DNA of 64,000 nucleotides from Vicinamibacterales bacterium (GTDB taxonomy: Bacteria > Acidobacteriota > Vicinamibacteria > Vicinamibacterales > UBA2999). Made by a program: the position numbers and the translations under genes. The number at the start of each line of letters is the position of its first letter. Positions within the stretch are counted from its first letter, which is position 1. The stretch is taken from NCBI GenBank assembly GCA_036742665.1, contig DAINQP010000002.1:2531-66530 (forward strand). Direction: 5' to 3'. Below, in pieces: positions 1 through 8,625 of the stretch. Under the pieces are notes generated by a model that saw nothing but the letters and a program-made list of their open reading frames with translations, ran no database searches and was not told the origin of the DNA.

Positions 1-1
1 G

Positions 2-673
2 GTCTATTTCGTGGACCTCGACGGCGTAAACGAGGGCCGTCCACGGCGCCGGCTGACACGATTGATCGCGTTCACCCGCGAACGCGTGGTCGGCTCGACA
101 CGCATCGAGGTGCCGGTGTCGGAGCACCCGATTGACTCGGTCAACCTGAAGGACCCGCGTCTCGGCGTCTACAGTCAACTCGCCGAGTTCGTGCAGGACG
201 CGGGCGTCGAAAAAGGGCGCCTGCGCGTGACGCTCGATCCGACCGAGCGCCACTCCGCGCTGACGGTGAACGAGTACGAGACGCTGCTCATGCGTTACGA
301 CCTCGCTGAGGTCCTGCGCAATCCGCTGCGCTTCGTCGCCGAAAAATCACGGCATGCGCTGGCGAATCCGCGTGCGGTGCCGAACAAGGCGTTGGGCTAC
401 GCCAAGTACGACATGGTACGCGTGCTGAACAAGGGCCTTGACGCGCTCGGCTTGCGCGGGTCGTTCGTCGAGAAGGCGATGGCTCGCACACTCGCCCTCC
501 CTGCCGCGCGCTTCTTCCGCATGCACCGGTCGGTGAGTCTGCTCGTGTCCGCCGGTGAGGATGGTCAGCCGAATATCGTCGAGGGCACGTACCAGAGTCC
601 GATCCTGGTGCAGTGGCAGAACGCGCCGCGTCAATCGCGCGTCCTCGACGTCGCGATTACCGAAATTCGTTAG
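2..673 (+). CDS. hypothetical protein, C-terminal portion (gene probably runs off the left edge)
   Basis: The frame is open from nt 2, so the listed GTG at 11 need not be the start. It gives 220 aa of balanced composition ending at TAG 671-673. No catalytic motif recognised. Confidence 0.55.
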   Translation, partial: VYFVDLDGVNEGRPRRRLTRLIAFTRERVVGSTRIEVPVSEHPIDSVNLKDPRLGVYSQLAEFVQDAGVEKGRLRVTLDPTERHSALTVNEYETLLMRYDLAEVLRNPLRFVAEKSRHALANPRAVPNKALGYAKYDMVRVLNKGLDALGLRGSFVEKAMARTLALPAARFFRMHRSVSLLVSAGEDGQPNIVEGTYQSPILVQWQNAPRQSRVLDVAITEIR

Positions 674-756
674 TCGTTCGGGCGTTCGGCTCGTTCGATC
701 GTTCGTGTCGTTTCGAACGATCCGAACATCACCAATGGCTCGAACGATCCGAACGT
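674..756. repeat. REP-like imperfect palindrome built of GTTCG / CGAAC units (family copy 1)
   Basis: The sequence runs tcGTTCGggcGTTCGgctcGTTCGatcGTTCGtgtcgttTCGAACgatcCGAACatc...ctCGAACgatcCGAACg. It fills the spacer between convergent genes. The 14/15-mer CGAACGATCCGAAC(G) is at 714-727 and 741-755, and occurs again twice at 15066-15097. Confidence 0.8.
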
Positions 757-2141
757 TATCGAGGGAGCCTTTCAGGCATCTCGGCGACGGCATACGCGAT
801 CGCCGCGATCGCGGCAGCCGCCTTCGACACTTCTTCAGGTCCAATCCGCTCGACAGTGTCTGCCGCGCTGTGGTGAATCACGAAGTAGCGCGCCGGGTCG
901 CCGAGATATGCCATCGTCGGCACGTTGCCAGCTTGTGCGATCGGGCCGATGTCAGCACCGCCGCCACCCGCAGTGATCTCTGGAAAGTCGAGCGGCGTGA
1001 GCAGGCTGCCGATCTGCAGCATCATCGAGCGCGCCGCCGCATTTCCTGAGAAGCCAAGTGCCGCGGGCGCAAACACCCCCGAGTCGGACTCGAGCGCGAA
1101 CACGTGGTCGGACGCCGTTGCCGCATGCTTCTCTGCGTACGACGCCGCACCGCGAAGGCCGTTCTCTTCATTCGCGAATAGCACGACGCGCACCGTACGT
1201 CGTGGCCTGATGCCCAGCTTCTTCATCAGCCGTACCGCTTCCCACGTGATCACGCAGCCGACGCCATCGTCCGAGGCACCGGCGCCGACGTCCCATGAGT
1301 CGAGATGTCCGGCAAGCAGGACGATCTCGTGCGGCTTTTCGCGTCCGCGGATCTCTCCCACGACGTTGGCTGACTCGACGTCGGGCTCATTTCGCGATTC
1401 GAGCGTGAGACGCATGCGCACCGTGCGGCCGCGAGCGCTCAGGCGCGCGATGCGATTGGCATCTTCGATTGACACTGCGGCCGCCGGAATCTGCGGCTGT
1501 CCCGGCGCGTAGCTCACGCTGCCGGTGTGCGTCGTCCGCAGGCCGAGCGGACCGACGGATCGAACCAACACCGCAACCGCCCCATATTGCGCCCCGCTGC
1601 GGGCGCCGCCGTTCCGGTAGGTGACGGTCTCCGAGTAGCCGTTGTACGGCACGTTGAAGAGGACGATGCGGTTCTTTGCCTCGGCACCCTTGACACGCAG
1701 GTCGTCAAAACTGGTGACCACGAGGACTTCGGCCTCGAGCCCGCCGTACGGTGTGGGCGCGGTGCCGCCGAGACCGAGAATGGGGATCGGATGGCGAGCC
1801 GGATCGATAATCTCCGCCGCTTCCCTGCCGCGCACCCAGTGCGGCACCATCACCCGCTCGGTGCGCACGTTCTCGAGGCCGTCGGCCTTCATCGTCCGCA
1901 CCGCCCAGTCCACAGCGCGCGTCAGGTTCTCCGACCCGCTCAATCGATGGCCGTAGGAATCGGTCAGCTCCGCCAGGCGCTGCCAGGCGAAGTCGTCGGC
2001 GGTTGCGGCCTTGATCAGGCGTGAGGCGTCTTCACGCAGCGGCGTCAGCCACGAGTGCGACGGGGTCGGGCTTTGAGCGGAGACAGTGGTCAGGATCGCG
2101 CCCGCGACGAGTGCGAGCAGGCCAGTCAGAGAAGGACGCAT
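756..2141 (-). CDS. M28 family metallopeptidase (aminopeptidase / carboxypeptidase Q-like), exported
   Basis: N-terminal signal peptide (LLALVAGAILTTVSAQS). M28 metal-ligand motifs HLDSWDVGAGASDDGVGC and FANEENGLRGA. 461 aa. Confidence 0.85.
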   Translation of the reverse strand: MRPSLTGLLALVAGAILTTVSAQSPTPSHSWLTPLREDASRLIKAATADDFAWQRLAELTDSYGHRLSGSENLTRAVDWAVRTMKADGLENVRTERVMVPHWVRGREAAEIIDPARHPIPILGLGGTAPTPYGGLEAEVLVVTSFDDLRVKGAEAKNRIVLFNVPYNGYSETVTYRNGGARSGAQYGAVAVLVRSVGPLGLRTTHTGSVSYAPGQPQIPAAAVSIEDANRIARLSARGRTVRMRLTLESRNEPDVESANVVGEIRGREKPHEIVLLAGHLDSWDVGAGASDDGVGCVITWEAVRLMKKLGIRPRRTVRVVLFANEENGLRGAASYAEKHAATASDHVFALESDSGVFAPAALGFSGNAAARSMMLQIGSLLTPLDFPEITAGGGGADIGPIAQAGNVPTMAYLGDPARYFVIHHSAADTVERIGPEEVSKAAAAIAAIAYAVAEMPERLPR

Positions 2142-2162
2142 GCAGAATACAGGTTAACCGAT

Positions 2163-2266
2163 GTCATAACGCCCAACTTCCAACGACCAACCTCCAACCC
2201 AACACCGCTCAATTGGGATTTGGGAGTTGGGAGTGTTGGAACTTGGGAGTCGGGCGGTGGGAGTTA
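2163..2266. repeat. imperfect palindromic element made of CCCAAC-type units and their complement GTTGGG (copy 1)
   Basis: The sequence is gtcataacgCCCAACttCCAACgaCCAACctCCAACCCAACaccgctcaaTTGGGatTTGGGaGTTGGGagtGTTGGaacTTGGGagtcggg. It lies between the stop of 2264..3538 and the start of 756..2141. A related half-copy starts at 42718 with nearly the same leader (gtgataacgcccaag). Confidence 0.75.
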
Positions 2267-3538
2267 GTTAAGAATGGACTGAAAGTAGGCCGGCAGTCCC
2301 GATTTCGTGTCGCGCAGGATCTCCACGATCGCGCGGCGATCGGCCAGCGAGAGCACGCGGTACCGCGGCTGCTTCTCGCGCCCGGCCAACACCTCCCACA
2401 TCCGGCTGTACACCGCATCGCGGGCGAGGGCGGGCATGGCGTCGAAGGCCGGCGTGTAGATCATGTAGCTGCACGGATACTGAAACAGGCGGCGCCGCAG
2501 ATCGAAGTCACGGAACGACCGTCCCTGTTTGTCGCGCGGCCCCGATTTCGGAAAACGTTCAGTGAATCCCGAGCCGCCTTTCACCGGCGCGACGAGCGGG
2601 GCCTCGTCGATGAACAACAAGTAATCCACCAGGTCTCGCGCGGCCTCGGCCACCCGCGCAGACGCATCGGTGCTCGGCTTCTCGGCGAGCAGCCGTGCCT
2701 CCCACCCAGTGCGCGTGATCAGGTTGGTCATCTGCGTCTGATGCGCAAGCACCAACTGTGCGACGACATCGCTATACGGAGTGGGATAGCCCGTGAGATC
2801 GAACAGCCCTTCGACCGAGTTGAGTACCGCCTTGGGGTTGGCGATCTTGAGCTTGCCCTTGTCTCCAGGCATGACCGCGACATTGCCCATGTGCTTCGCG
2901 CCGCCGTGATCGCCGGTGACCAACCAGCCGCCCCAGCGCTGCTCGAGCGGACTGCCGTGAATCGTCGTGAAGCCGTTCGCGTACGAGATCTCGTCGGGGA
3001 TCGGGTACATGCTCTGGACTGTCAGGCCAGGAACACCCAGCGTCTCCCATGACAGGTGACAGGCTAGACACTCGTTGTTCCGGACGAAGCGAGGCGACGA
3101 TGATGCCTTCTGCTCGAGTTCGTAAAAGATGACGCCCTGGGCTGGATCCTGCGCAGCCACTTCGAGAATCCTTCCACCGCGCACCCACCCGACCGCCATC
3201 GTATCGCCGAAGTAGACAGCGCGTGGATTCAGGACGTTGATGAGGGGTGCCTGAAAACTACTCTGCGAGAACACCAGCGCTTGAGACTCCACCGGCAAAT
3301 TGAACGCATCCAGCACCGATTTCAGATAGCCGTTCGACGGGTTGAACGTCAGCGAGACAGATCCGGCCTGCAGCTTTTCGTTGAAGGCGGCTACGGGATC
3401 AGTCGGCGGCGTACTCGAATAGCGAATCGCCGGTTCATCGCGAGAGACGACAAAGACATCGCGACGCTGCGCGCTGGCGACGATGCCGGCAGCGAGGATG
3501 ACGGTGCCAGCGACAAATAAACGGCAAAAAAGGCTCAC
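2264..3538 (-). CDS. exported protein with a single CxxCH haem-binding motif (putative c-type cytochrome-like protein)
   Basis: I moved the start to GTG 3538 (VSLFCRLFVAGTVILAAGIVASAQ is a signal peptide). The longer 536-aa ORF would overlap the opposite-strand gene at 3570. It carries the motif NNECLACHLSW. No closer family recognised. Confidence 0.6.
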   Translation of the reverse strand: MSLFCRLFVAGTVILAAGIVASAQRRDVFVVSRDEPAIRYSSTPPTDPVAAFNEKLQAGSVSLTFNPSNGYLKSVLDAFNLPVESQALVFSQSSFQAPLINVLNPRAVYFGDTMAVGWVRGGRILEVAAQDPAQGVIFYELEQKASSSPRFVRNNECLACHLSWETLGVPGLTVQSMYPIPDEISYANGFTTIHGSPLEQRWGGWLVTGDHGGAKHMGNVAVMPGDKGKLKIANPKAVLNSVEGLFDLTGYPTPYSDVVAQLVLAHQTQMTNLITRTGWEARLLAEKPSTDASARVAEAARDLVDYLLFIDEAPLVAPVKGGSGFTERFPKSGPRDKQGRSFRDFDLRRRLFQYPCSYMIYTPAFDAMPALARDAVYSRMWEVLAGREKQPRYRVLSLADRRAIVEILRDTKSGLPAYFQSILN

Positions 3539-3569
3539 CCCTTCAAGGGTAGCACTATGATGAAGAGCA

Positions 3570-5711
3570 ATGAATCCGGTCAGTGTTTCTGACGCAAACG
3601 GCGTTGCGCTCATCCGCATCGACAACCCGCCAGTGAATGCACTCAGCGACATCGTTCTCGACGCGTTGAGCGCGGCCATAGACGGGGTTGCACGGGATGC
3701 GGCGGTGCGGGCTGTCGTCCTTATTGGTGCCGGGCGTACGTTTCCGGCCGGAGCCGACATCAAGGGCCTCGAGAACATCGCCTGGGGCGGGGATTCCGGC
3801 GCACCTGATCTGCATGCGCTCCTGCAACGAATCGAGGATCTCCACAAGCCTGTCGTGATGGCCATGCACGGCACCGCACTTGGCGGCGGCCTCGAGATCG
3901 CGATGGCTGGACATTATCGCGTCGCTCTCCCCGAGAGTCAGATGGGCCTGCCCGAGGCGAACCTGGGGATCGTTCCTGGCGCTGAAGGTACACAGAGACT
4001 GCCCCGTCTCGTGGGTCTCGAGAAGGCCATCGAGATGTGCGTGTCTGGCAAGCCGATCAAGGCCAAAGACGCGCTGGCGGCGGGTCTCATCGATCGAATC
4101 ATCGAGGGCGATCTCGCGGCGGGCGCAACCGCGTTCGCACGCGAGATGACGTCGCGCACCACACATCCCAAGACTCGGGAACGCACTGACAAGCTGCCCG
4201 CCGCTGCCGCCGTGCCAGGGATGATCGCTGCTGGCAAAGAGACGGCGCGCAAGACGCGGCGCCACATGGAAGCGCCGATCAAAGTCATCGACGCGCTCGA
4301 AGCGGCCGTGACGCTGCCGTTCGCGGAAGGCTGCACACGCGAGCGTCAGATCGCGCTCGAGTGCATGCGGTCCGAGCAGGCCAAGGCGCTGATTCATGTC
4401 TTTTTCGCCGAGCGCGGCGTGTCGCGCGTGCCGGGCGTCACCAAAGACACGCCTGCGGCGACGGTCTCGACCGTCGGCATCGTCGGCGCCGGCACGATGG
4501 GTAGCGGCATTGCGATGGCGTGTGCGAACGCCGGCCTTCACGTGCGGATTGTCGATGCCACGCAGCAGGGGGTCGACAACGGGATCGCGACCATTCGCAA
4601 GAACTACGACGTCTCGGTAAAACGTGGACGATTCACAGTCGACCAGGTCGAACAGCGCATGTCGTCGATCCGTCCGCAGATGGGTTACGAGGGCTTTAGC
4701 GACGTCGACCTGATCATTGAGGCGGTGTTTGAAAATCTCGCGCTCAAGAAAGACATCGTTGCGACGCTGGATCGCGTCGTCAGGCCGGGCTCCATCATCG
4801 CCACGAACACATCGACGCTCGACATCGACGCGATCGCCGCAGCCACGTCGCGGGCTGACAACGTCGTCGGCCTTCACTTCTTCAGCCCGGCGAACGTGAT
4901 GCGGCTCGTCGAGATCGTGCGGGGCAAGAAGACGTCACCCGAGACGCTTGCCACGGCGATGGCGCTGGCGAAACGCCTCGGCAAGGTCGGCGTCGTGGTC
5001 GGCAACTGCGAAGGGTTCGTCGGCAATCGGATGATGTTCCCGTACATGTACGAGTGCCAGTTTCTGGTCGAGGACGGAGCAACGCCCGAGCAGGTCGATC
5101 GCGCGCTCACCGACTTCGGCATGGCGATGGGCATGTTCGCGGTGGACGACATGGCCGGGCTCGACGTCGCCTGGCGCGTGCGTCAGGAACTGCACCAGTT
5201 CAGCAAGCCGGGCGACCGCAAGCCGCTCGTGGCTGACACGCTGTGCGAGATGGGGCGCTTCGGGCAGAAGTCCGGCAAGGGCTGGTACGTCTACGGCGAC
5301 GACCGCAAGCCGACGCCGGATCCCGAAGTGCTGGCGCTGATCGAGCGCGCCGCCAATGCCGCCGCCATTCCACGTCGTCCGATTGCCAACGAAGAAATCA
5401 TCGAGCGGACCATATACGCACTGATCAACGAAGGTGCGCGCGTGCTCGACGAAGGCTACGCCAGCCGCGCGGCTGACATCGATGTGGTCTACACCAGCGG
5501 CTACGGCTTCCCCGCGTGGCGTGGCGGCCCGATGTTTTACGCCGATCGCGTCGGATTGAAAAAAGTGTACGAGCGCGTGTCGGCGTTCCATCGCGAGCTC
5601 GGGCAGCGATGGGCGCCCGCGCCGCTGCTCGAGCGCCTGGCGCGTGAGGGCTCGACGTTCAAGGCATTCGACAAGAGCCGCGCCTCTGACCTGGCCGGTA
5701 CGACAGCGTAG
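3570..5711 (+). CDS. bifunctional enoyl-CoA hydratase / 3-hydroxyacyl-CoA dehydrogenase (FadB/FadJ-type)
   Basis: N-terminal crotonase fold (IRIDNPPVNALS, GAGRTFPAGADIKG). Central Rossmann motif GIVGAGTMGSGIA. 3HCDH C-terminal repeats. 713 aa. Confidence 0.9.
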   Translation: MNPVSVSDANGVALIRIDNPPVNALSDIVLDALSAAIDGVARDAAVRAVVLIGAGRTFPAGADIKGLENIAWGGDSGAPDLHALLQRIEDLHKPVVMAMHGTALGGGLEIAMAGHYRVALPESQMGLPEANLGIVPGAEGTQRLPRLVGLEKAIEMCVSGKPIKAKDALAAGLIDRIIEGDLAAGATAFAREMTSRTTHPKTRERTDKLPAAAAVPGMIAAGKETARKTRRHMEAPIKVIDALEAAVTLPFAEGCTRERQIALECMRSEQAKALIHVFFAERGVSRVPGVTKDTPAATVSTVGIVGAGTMGSGIAMACANAGLHVRIVDATQQGVDNGIATIRKNYDVSVKRGRFTVDQVEQRMSSIRPQMGYEGFSDVDLIIEAVFENLALKKDIVATLDRVVRPGSIIATNTSTLDIDAIAAATSRADNVVGLHFFSPANVMRLVEIVRGKKTSPETLATAMALAKRLGKVGVVVGNCEGFVGNRMMFPYMYECQFLVEDGATPEQVDRALTDFGMAMGMFAVDDMAGLDVAWRVRQELHQFSKPGDRKPLVADTLCEMGRFGQKSGKGWYVYGDDRKPTPDPEVLALIERAANAAAIPRRPIANEEIIERTIYALINEGARVLDEGYASRAADIDVVYTSGYGFPAWRGGPMFYADRVGLKKVYERVSAFHRELGQRWAPAPLLERLAREGSTFKAFDKSRASDLAGTTA

Positions 5712-7697
5712 ATGTCGGCCACGCGCAAAGTGCGAGCCGTTCGGGTTGCGCCATCCGACGCCGTCGTCCGTCGCGGTACCAACGGTGCGGTCTACATGCA
5801 GTCGGGCGTACCGCTCGGCCCATATCAGACACGGATTACCGATTCGCTCGACCATTGGGCGGCGCACGCACCCGACCGCACGTTCCTCGCACAGCGAGAC
5901 GACTCTGTAGCGGCGGGGCTTCCGCCTTCGCGTGAAGCTTCGGCGGACCGCCGTAGCCTCGGCGAAGGCGGTCAGGCCCGCGTGGACACGACGCGCGGAT
6001 GGCGGCGGTTGAACTACGGCGACGCGCTCACGCGCGTGCGTCGCATCGCGCAAGCACTCCTCGATCGCAAGCTGTCGCTCGACCGGCCGATCGTCATCCT
6101 CTCGGGCAACGGCATCGACCACGGACTGCTGGCATTGGCCGCCATGTACGTCGGCGTCCCCTATGCGCCGATCGCACCAGCCTATTCGCTCCAGGCCACC
6201 GAGTACACGGCCCTGCAGCGGATCTTCGAGCGCGTCGAGCCGGCGCTGGTCTTCACCGAGAATGGCGGGGCCTATGAACGCGCGCTGCGGTCGGTGCTCA
6301 CCAATCGGATCGAGCTGGTGGTGTCTGGATCGCCAGGCAGGCTGCGCTCGACGCCATTCTCCGAATTGGAGGGCGCGCGAGACACGGCTGCCGTAGACGA
6401 GGCGAAGCAACACGTGACCGGCGAGACGATCGCCAAAGTACTTTTCACATCGGGATCGACCGGACGGCCGAAGGGCGTGATCAACACACAGCGGATGCTG
6501 TGCTCGAACCAGGAGATGATCCGCTCCGTCCTCACATTCCTCGCCGACGAGCCACCGGTGATCTGCGATTGGTCGCCGTGGAATCACACGGCAGGGGGCA
6601 ATCACAACTTCGGACTCGTGTTGCGAAACGGCGGCACGCTGTACATCGACGAAGGCAAGCCGACGCCGGCGCTCTTCGCGGCCACACTGGGCAACCTGCG
6701 CGAGATACCCTGCACGGCGCATTTCGCGGTGCCGCGCCTCTACGAGATGTTGATGCCGCACCTGCGCAGCGACGCCGTGCTGCGCCGGACATTCTTCAGC
6801 CGTGTGCAGCTGCTCTTCTATGCGGCGGCCGGCCTCGGTCAGCGGTTCTGGGACGAGCTCCGCGACGTGGCACTCGAGGCTTGCGGCGAAGAAATCATGA
6901 TCATGACCGGCTTCGGCGCCACCGAGACCGCGCCGTTCGCCTTCACGACCGCCACGCTCAATGCGTTTGCAGGACTCGTCGGTCTTCCCGCGCCCGGCAT
7001 CGAAGTGAAGCTGACGCCGGTCGAGTCGAAGATGGAAGCACGCGTTCGTGGTCCCAACATCACACCGGGCTACTGGCGCGATGCCGCCCTCACCGCCGCA
7101 GCCTTTGACGAAGAAGGCTTCTATCGTCTCGGCGATGCGATGGAGTTTGCCGATCCGATCGATCCGCGAAACGGCCTCGTGTTCAATGGACGCCTGGCCG
7201 AGGACTTCAAGCTGTCCACCGCCACTTGGGTCAGCGTCGGTCCACTCCGCGCAAAAATTCTGGCCCAGGCCGCCGGCCTCGCACAGGATGTCGTCATCGC
7301 TGGCCACGACCGCGAATACGTAACCGCGCTGGTTTTTCCGAACCTGCAAATGTGTCGCGACGTGCTCGGCGCCGGCGCTGACACGCCGGCGCGAGCCGTG
7401 CTCTCGCACCCGGTCATCGTGAGGCGGTTCAGTGAGGTGTTCACGACTCTCGCCGCCGTGAGCACCGGCAGCTCGACCTTCGTCGCGCGCGCGATCGTGC
7501 TCGAGGATCCGCCGTCGATGGACGCGCGCGAGGTCACCGACAAAGGCTCCATTAACCAGAAGGCCGTGCTGGTACACCGCGCGGCAGTCGTTGACGAACT
7601 CTATTCGGCGTCTCCGTCCCCGCATGTGCTGATTGCCCATCAGCCAGCCGAAACGGCAGCGCCCTCCGCTGATGCCCACACACTCCATCAATGTTGA
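5712..7697 (+). CDS. AMP-dependent acyl-CoA synthetase, feruloyl-CoA-synthase-like
   Basis: AMP-binding motif LFTSGSTGRPKGV, plus GYWRD and YRLGD. The N-terminus (LGPYQTRITDSLDHWAAHAPDRTFLAQRD) resembles hydroxycinnamate-CoA ligases of the Fcs type as I remember them. The start abuts the stop of the FadB-like gene. Confidence 0.85.
   Translation: MSATRKVRAVRVAPSDAVVRRGTNGAVYMQSGVPLGPYQTRITDSLDHWAAHAPDRTFLAQRDDSVAAGLPPSREASADRRSLGEGGQARVDTTRGWRRLNYGDALTRVRRIAQALLDRKLSLDRPIVILSGNGIDHGLLALAAMYVGVPYAPIAPAYSLQATEYTALQRIFERVEPALVFTENGGAYERALRSVLTNRIELVVSGSPGRLRSTPFSELEGARDTAAVDEAKQHVTGETIAKVLFTSGSTGRPKGVINTQRMLCSNQEMIRSVLTFLADEPPVICDWSPWNHTAGGNHNFGLVLRNGGTLYIDEGKPTPALFAATLGNLREIPCTAHFAVPRLYEMLMPHLRSDAVLRRTFFSRVQLLFYAAAGLGQRFWDELRDVALEACGEEIMIMTGFGATETAPFAFTTATLNAFAGLVGLPAPGIEVKLTPVESKMEARVRGPNITPGYWRDAALTAAAFDEEGFYRLGDAMEFADPIDPRNGLVFNGRLAEDFKLSTATWVSVGPLRAKILAQAAGLAQDVVIAGHDREYVTALVFPNLQMCRDVLGAGADTPARAVLSHPVIVRRFSEVFTTLAAVSTGSSTFVARAIVLEDPPSMDAREVTDKGSINQKAVLVHRAAVVDELYSASPSPHVLIAHQPAETAAPSADAHTLHQC
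5906..5981. repeat. nested palindromic (REP/MITE-like) element lying in frame inside the acyl-CoA synthetase gene
   Basis: Outer arms are ccgccttcgc (5922-5931) and gcgaaggcgg (5962-5971). Inner arms are gcttcggcgg (5937-5946) and ccgccgtagc (5949-5958), with 1 mismatch. It is translated as AAGLPPSREASADRRSLGEGGQAR. Confidence 0.7.
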
Positions 7698-8529
7698 CGG
7701 GCTGGTCGCCCTCGACGTACACGTCCACCTCGAACACACGGGCGAGGAGACCGAAGCCGACAAGAAGGCCGCCGCATATTTCAAAGGCGGCGGCGCGCGC
7801 GATGCCGCATCGCTGGCCGAGTACTACCGTTCACGCAAGATGGCCTGTGTCATCTTCACCGTGGACGAGACGCTCAGCGGCGTGCCGCGCCTGTCTAACG
7901 ACGCCGTCCTGGAGTTCGCAGCGCAGAACCCCGATATCGCGCTACCGTTCGTCAGCATCAACCCGACCCGGGGGACTGAGGCCGTCCGCGAAGCGAAACG
8001 GCTCGTCGCTACCGGTCAGGTCCGCGGCCTCAAGCTGCATCCACCCATTCAGGAGTTCTGGCCCAACGATCGACTCGCCTACCCACTCTACGAGGTCTTT
8101 GCCGAAGCGCGGCTGCCGGTGCTCTTCCACACTGGCCACAGCGGCATTGGTACCGGCATGCGCGGCGGCGGCGGCATCCGGCTGAAATACGGCAACCCGA
8201 TGCCCATCGATGATGTCGCGGTGGACTTTCCCGATATGCCGATCGTGCTGGCGCATCCGTCGTTCCCCTGGCAGGACGAGGCGATCTCAATGTGTCTGCA
8301 CAAGCCGCAGGTCTACATCGACCTGTCGGGATGGTCGCCCAAGTACTTCTCGCCGACGCTGGTGCAGTACGCGAACTCGCTGCTGAAGCACAAGGTGCTC
8401 TTCGGGTCGGACTATCCGCTGCTCACGCCCGATCGGTGGCTCGCTGACTTCGAGAAAGTTGCGTTCAAGGACGAAGTGCGACCGCTGATACTCAAAGAGA
8501 ACGCGGTGAAGTTGTTGGCGCTACGGTAG
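7633..8529 (+). CDS. amidohydrolase-2 / TIM-barrel metal-dependent hydrolase
   Basis: HxH motif (LDVHVHLEH) and VLFHTGH. 298 aa. The start is ambiguous: ATG 7633 overlaps the upstream gene by 65 nt, and ATG 7672 is an alternative. Confidence 0.75.
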   Translation: MPISQPKRQRPPLMPTHSINVDGLVALDVHVHLEHTGEETEADKKAAAYFKGGGARDAASLAEYYRSRKMACVIFTVDETLSGVPRLSNDAVLEFAAQNPDIALPFVSINPTRGTEAVREAKRLVATGQVRGLKLHPPIQEFWPNDRLAYPLYEVFAEARLPVLFHTGHSGIGTGMRGGGGIRLKYGNPMPIDDVAVDFPDMPIVLAHPSFPWQDEAISMCLHKPQVYIDLSGWSPKYFSPTLVQYANSLLKHKVLFGSDYPLLTPDRWLADFEKVAFKDEVRPLILKENAVKLLALR

Positions 8530-8625
8530 CGACTGCACGAGACTTCACGCGTAGTCATTGTTTGAGTCTTGCGTGTCGAGTTTTGAGTTACAGGCGTCGC
8601 TCGCCCTCGCCGATAACCCCGAGGA

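Noticed and set aside
3539-3874. N-terminal 112-aa extension of the 2264..3874 ORF
   Set aside because: It would overlap the opposite-strand FadB-like gene by about 300 nt. An in-frame GTG at 3538 gives a clean signal peptide.
4935-7784. 949-aa minus-strand ORF spanning two plus-strand genes
   Set aside because: It is antisense to the well-supported FadB-like and acyl-CoA synthetase genes. Its composition is Arg/Gly/His-rich with no motifs, which is the typical shadow ORF of GC-rich DNA.
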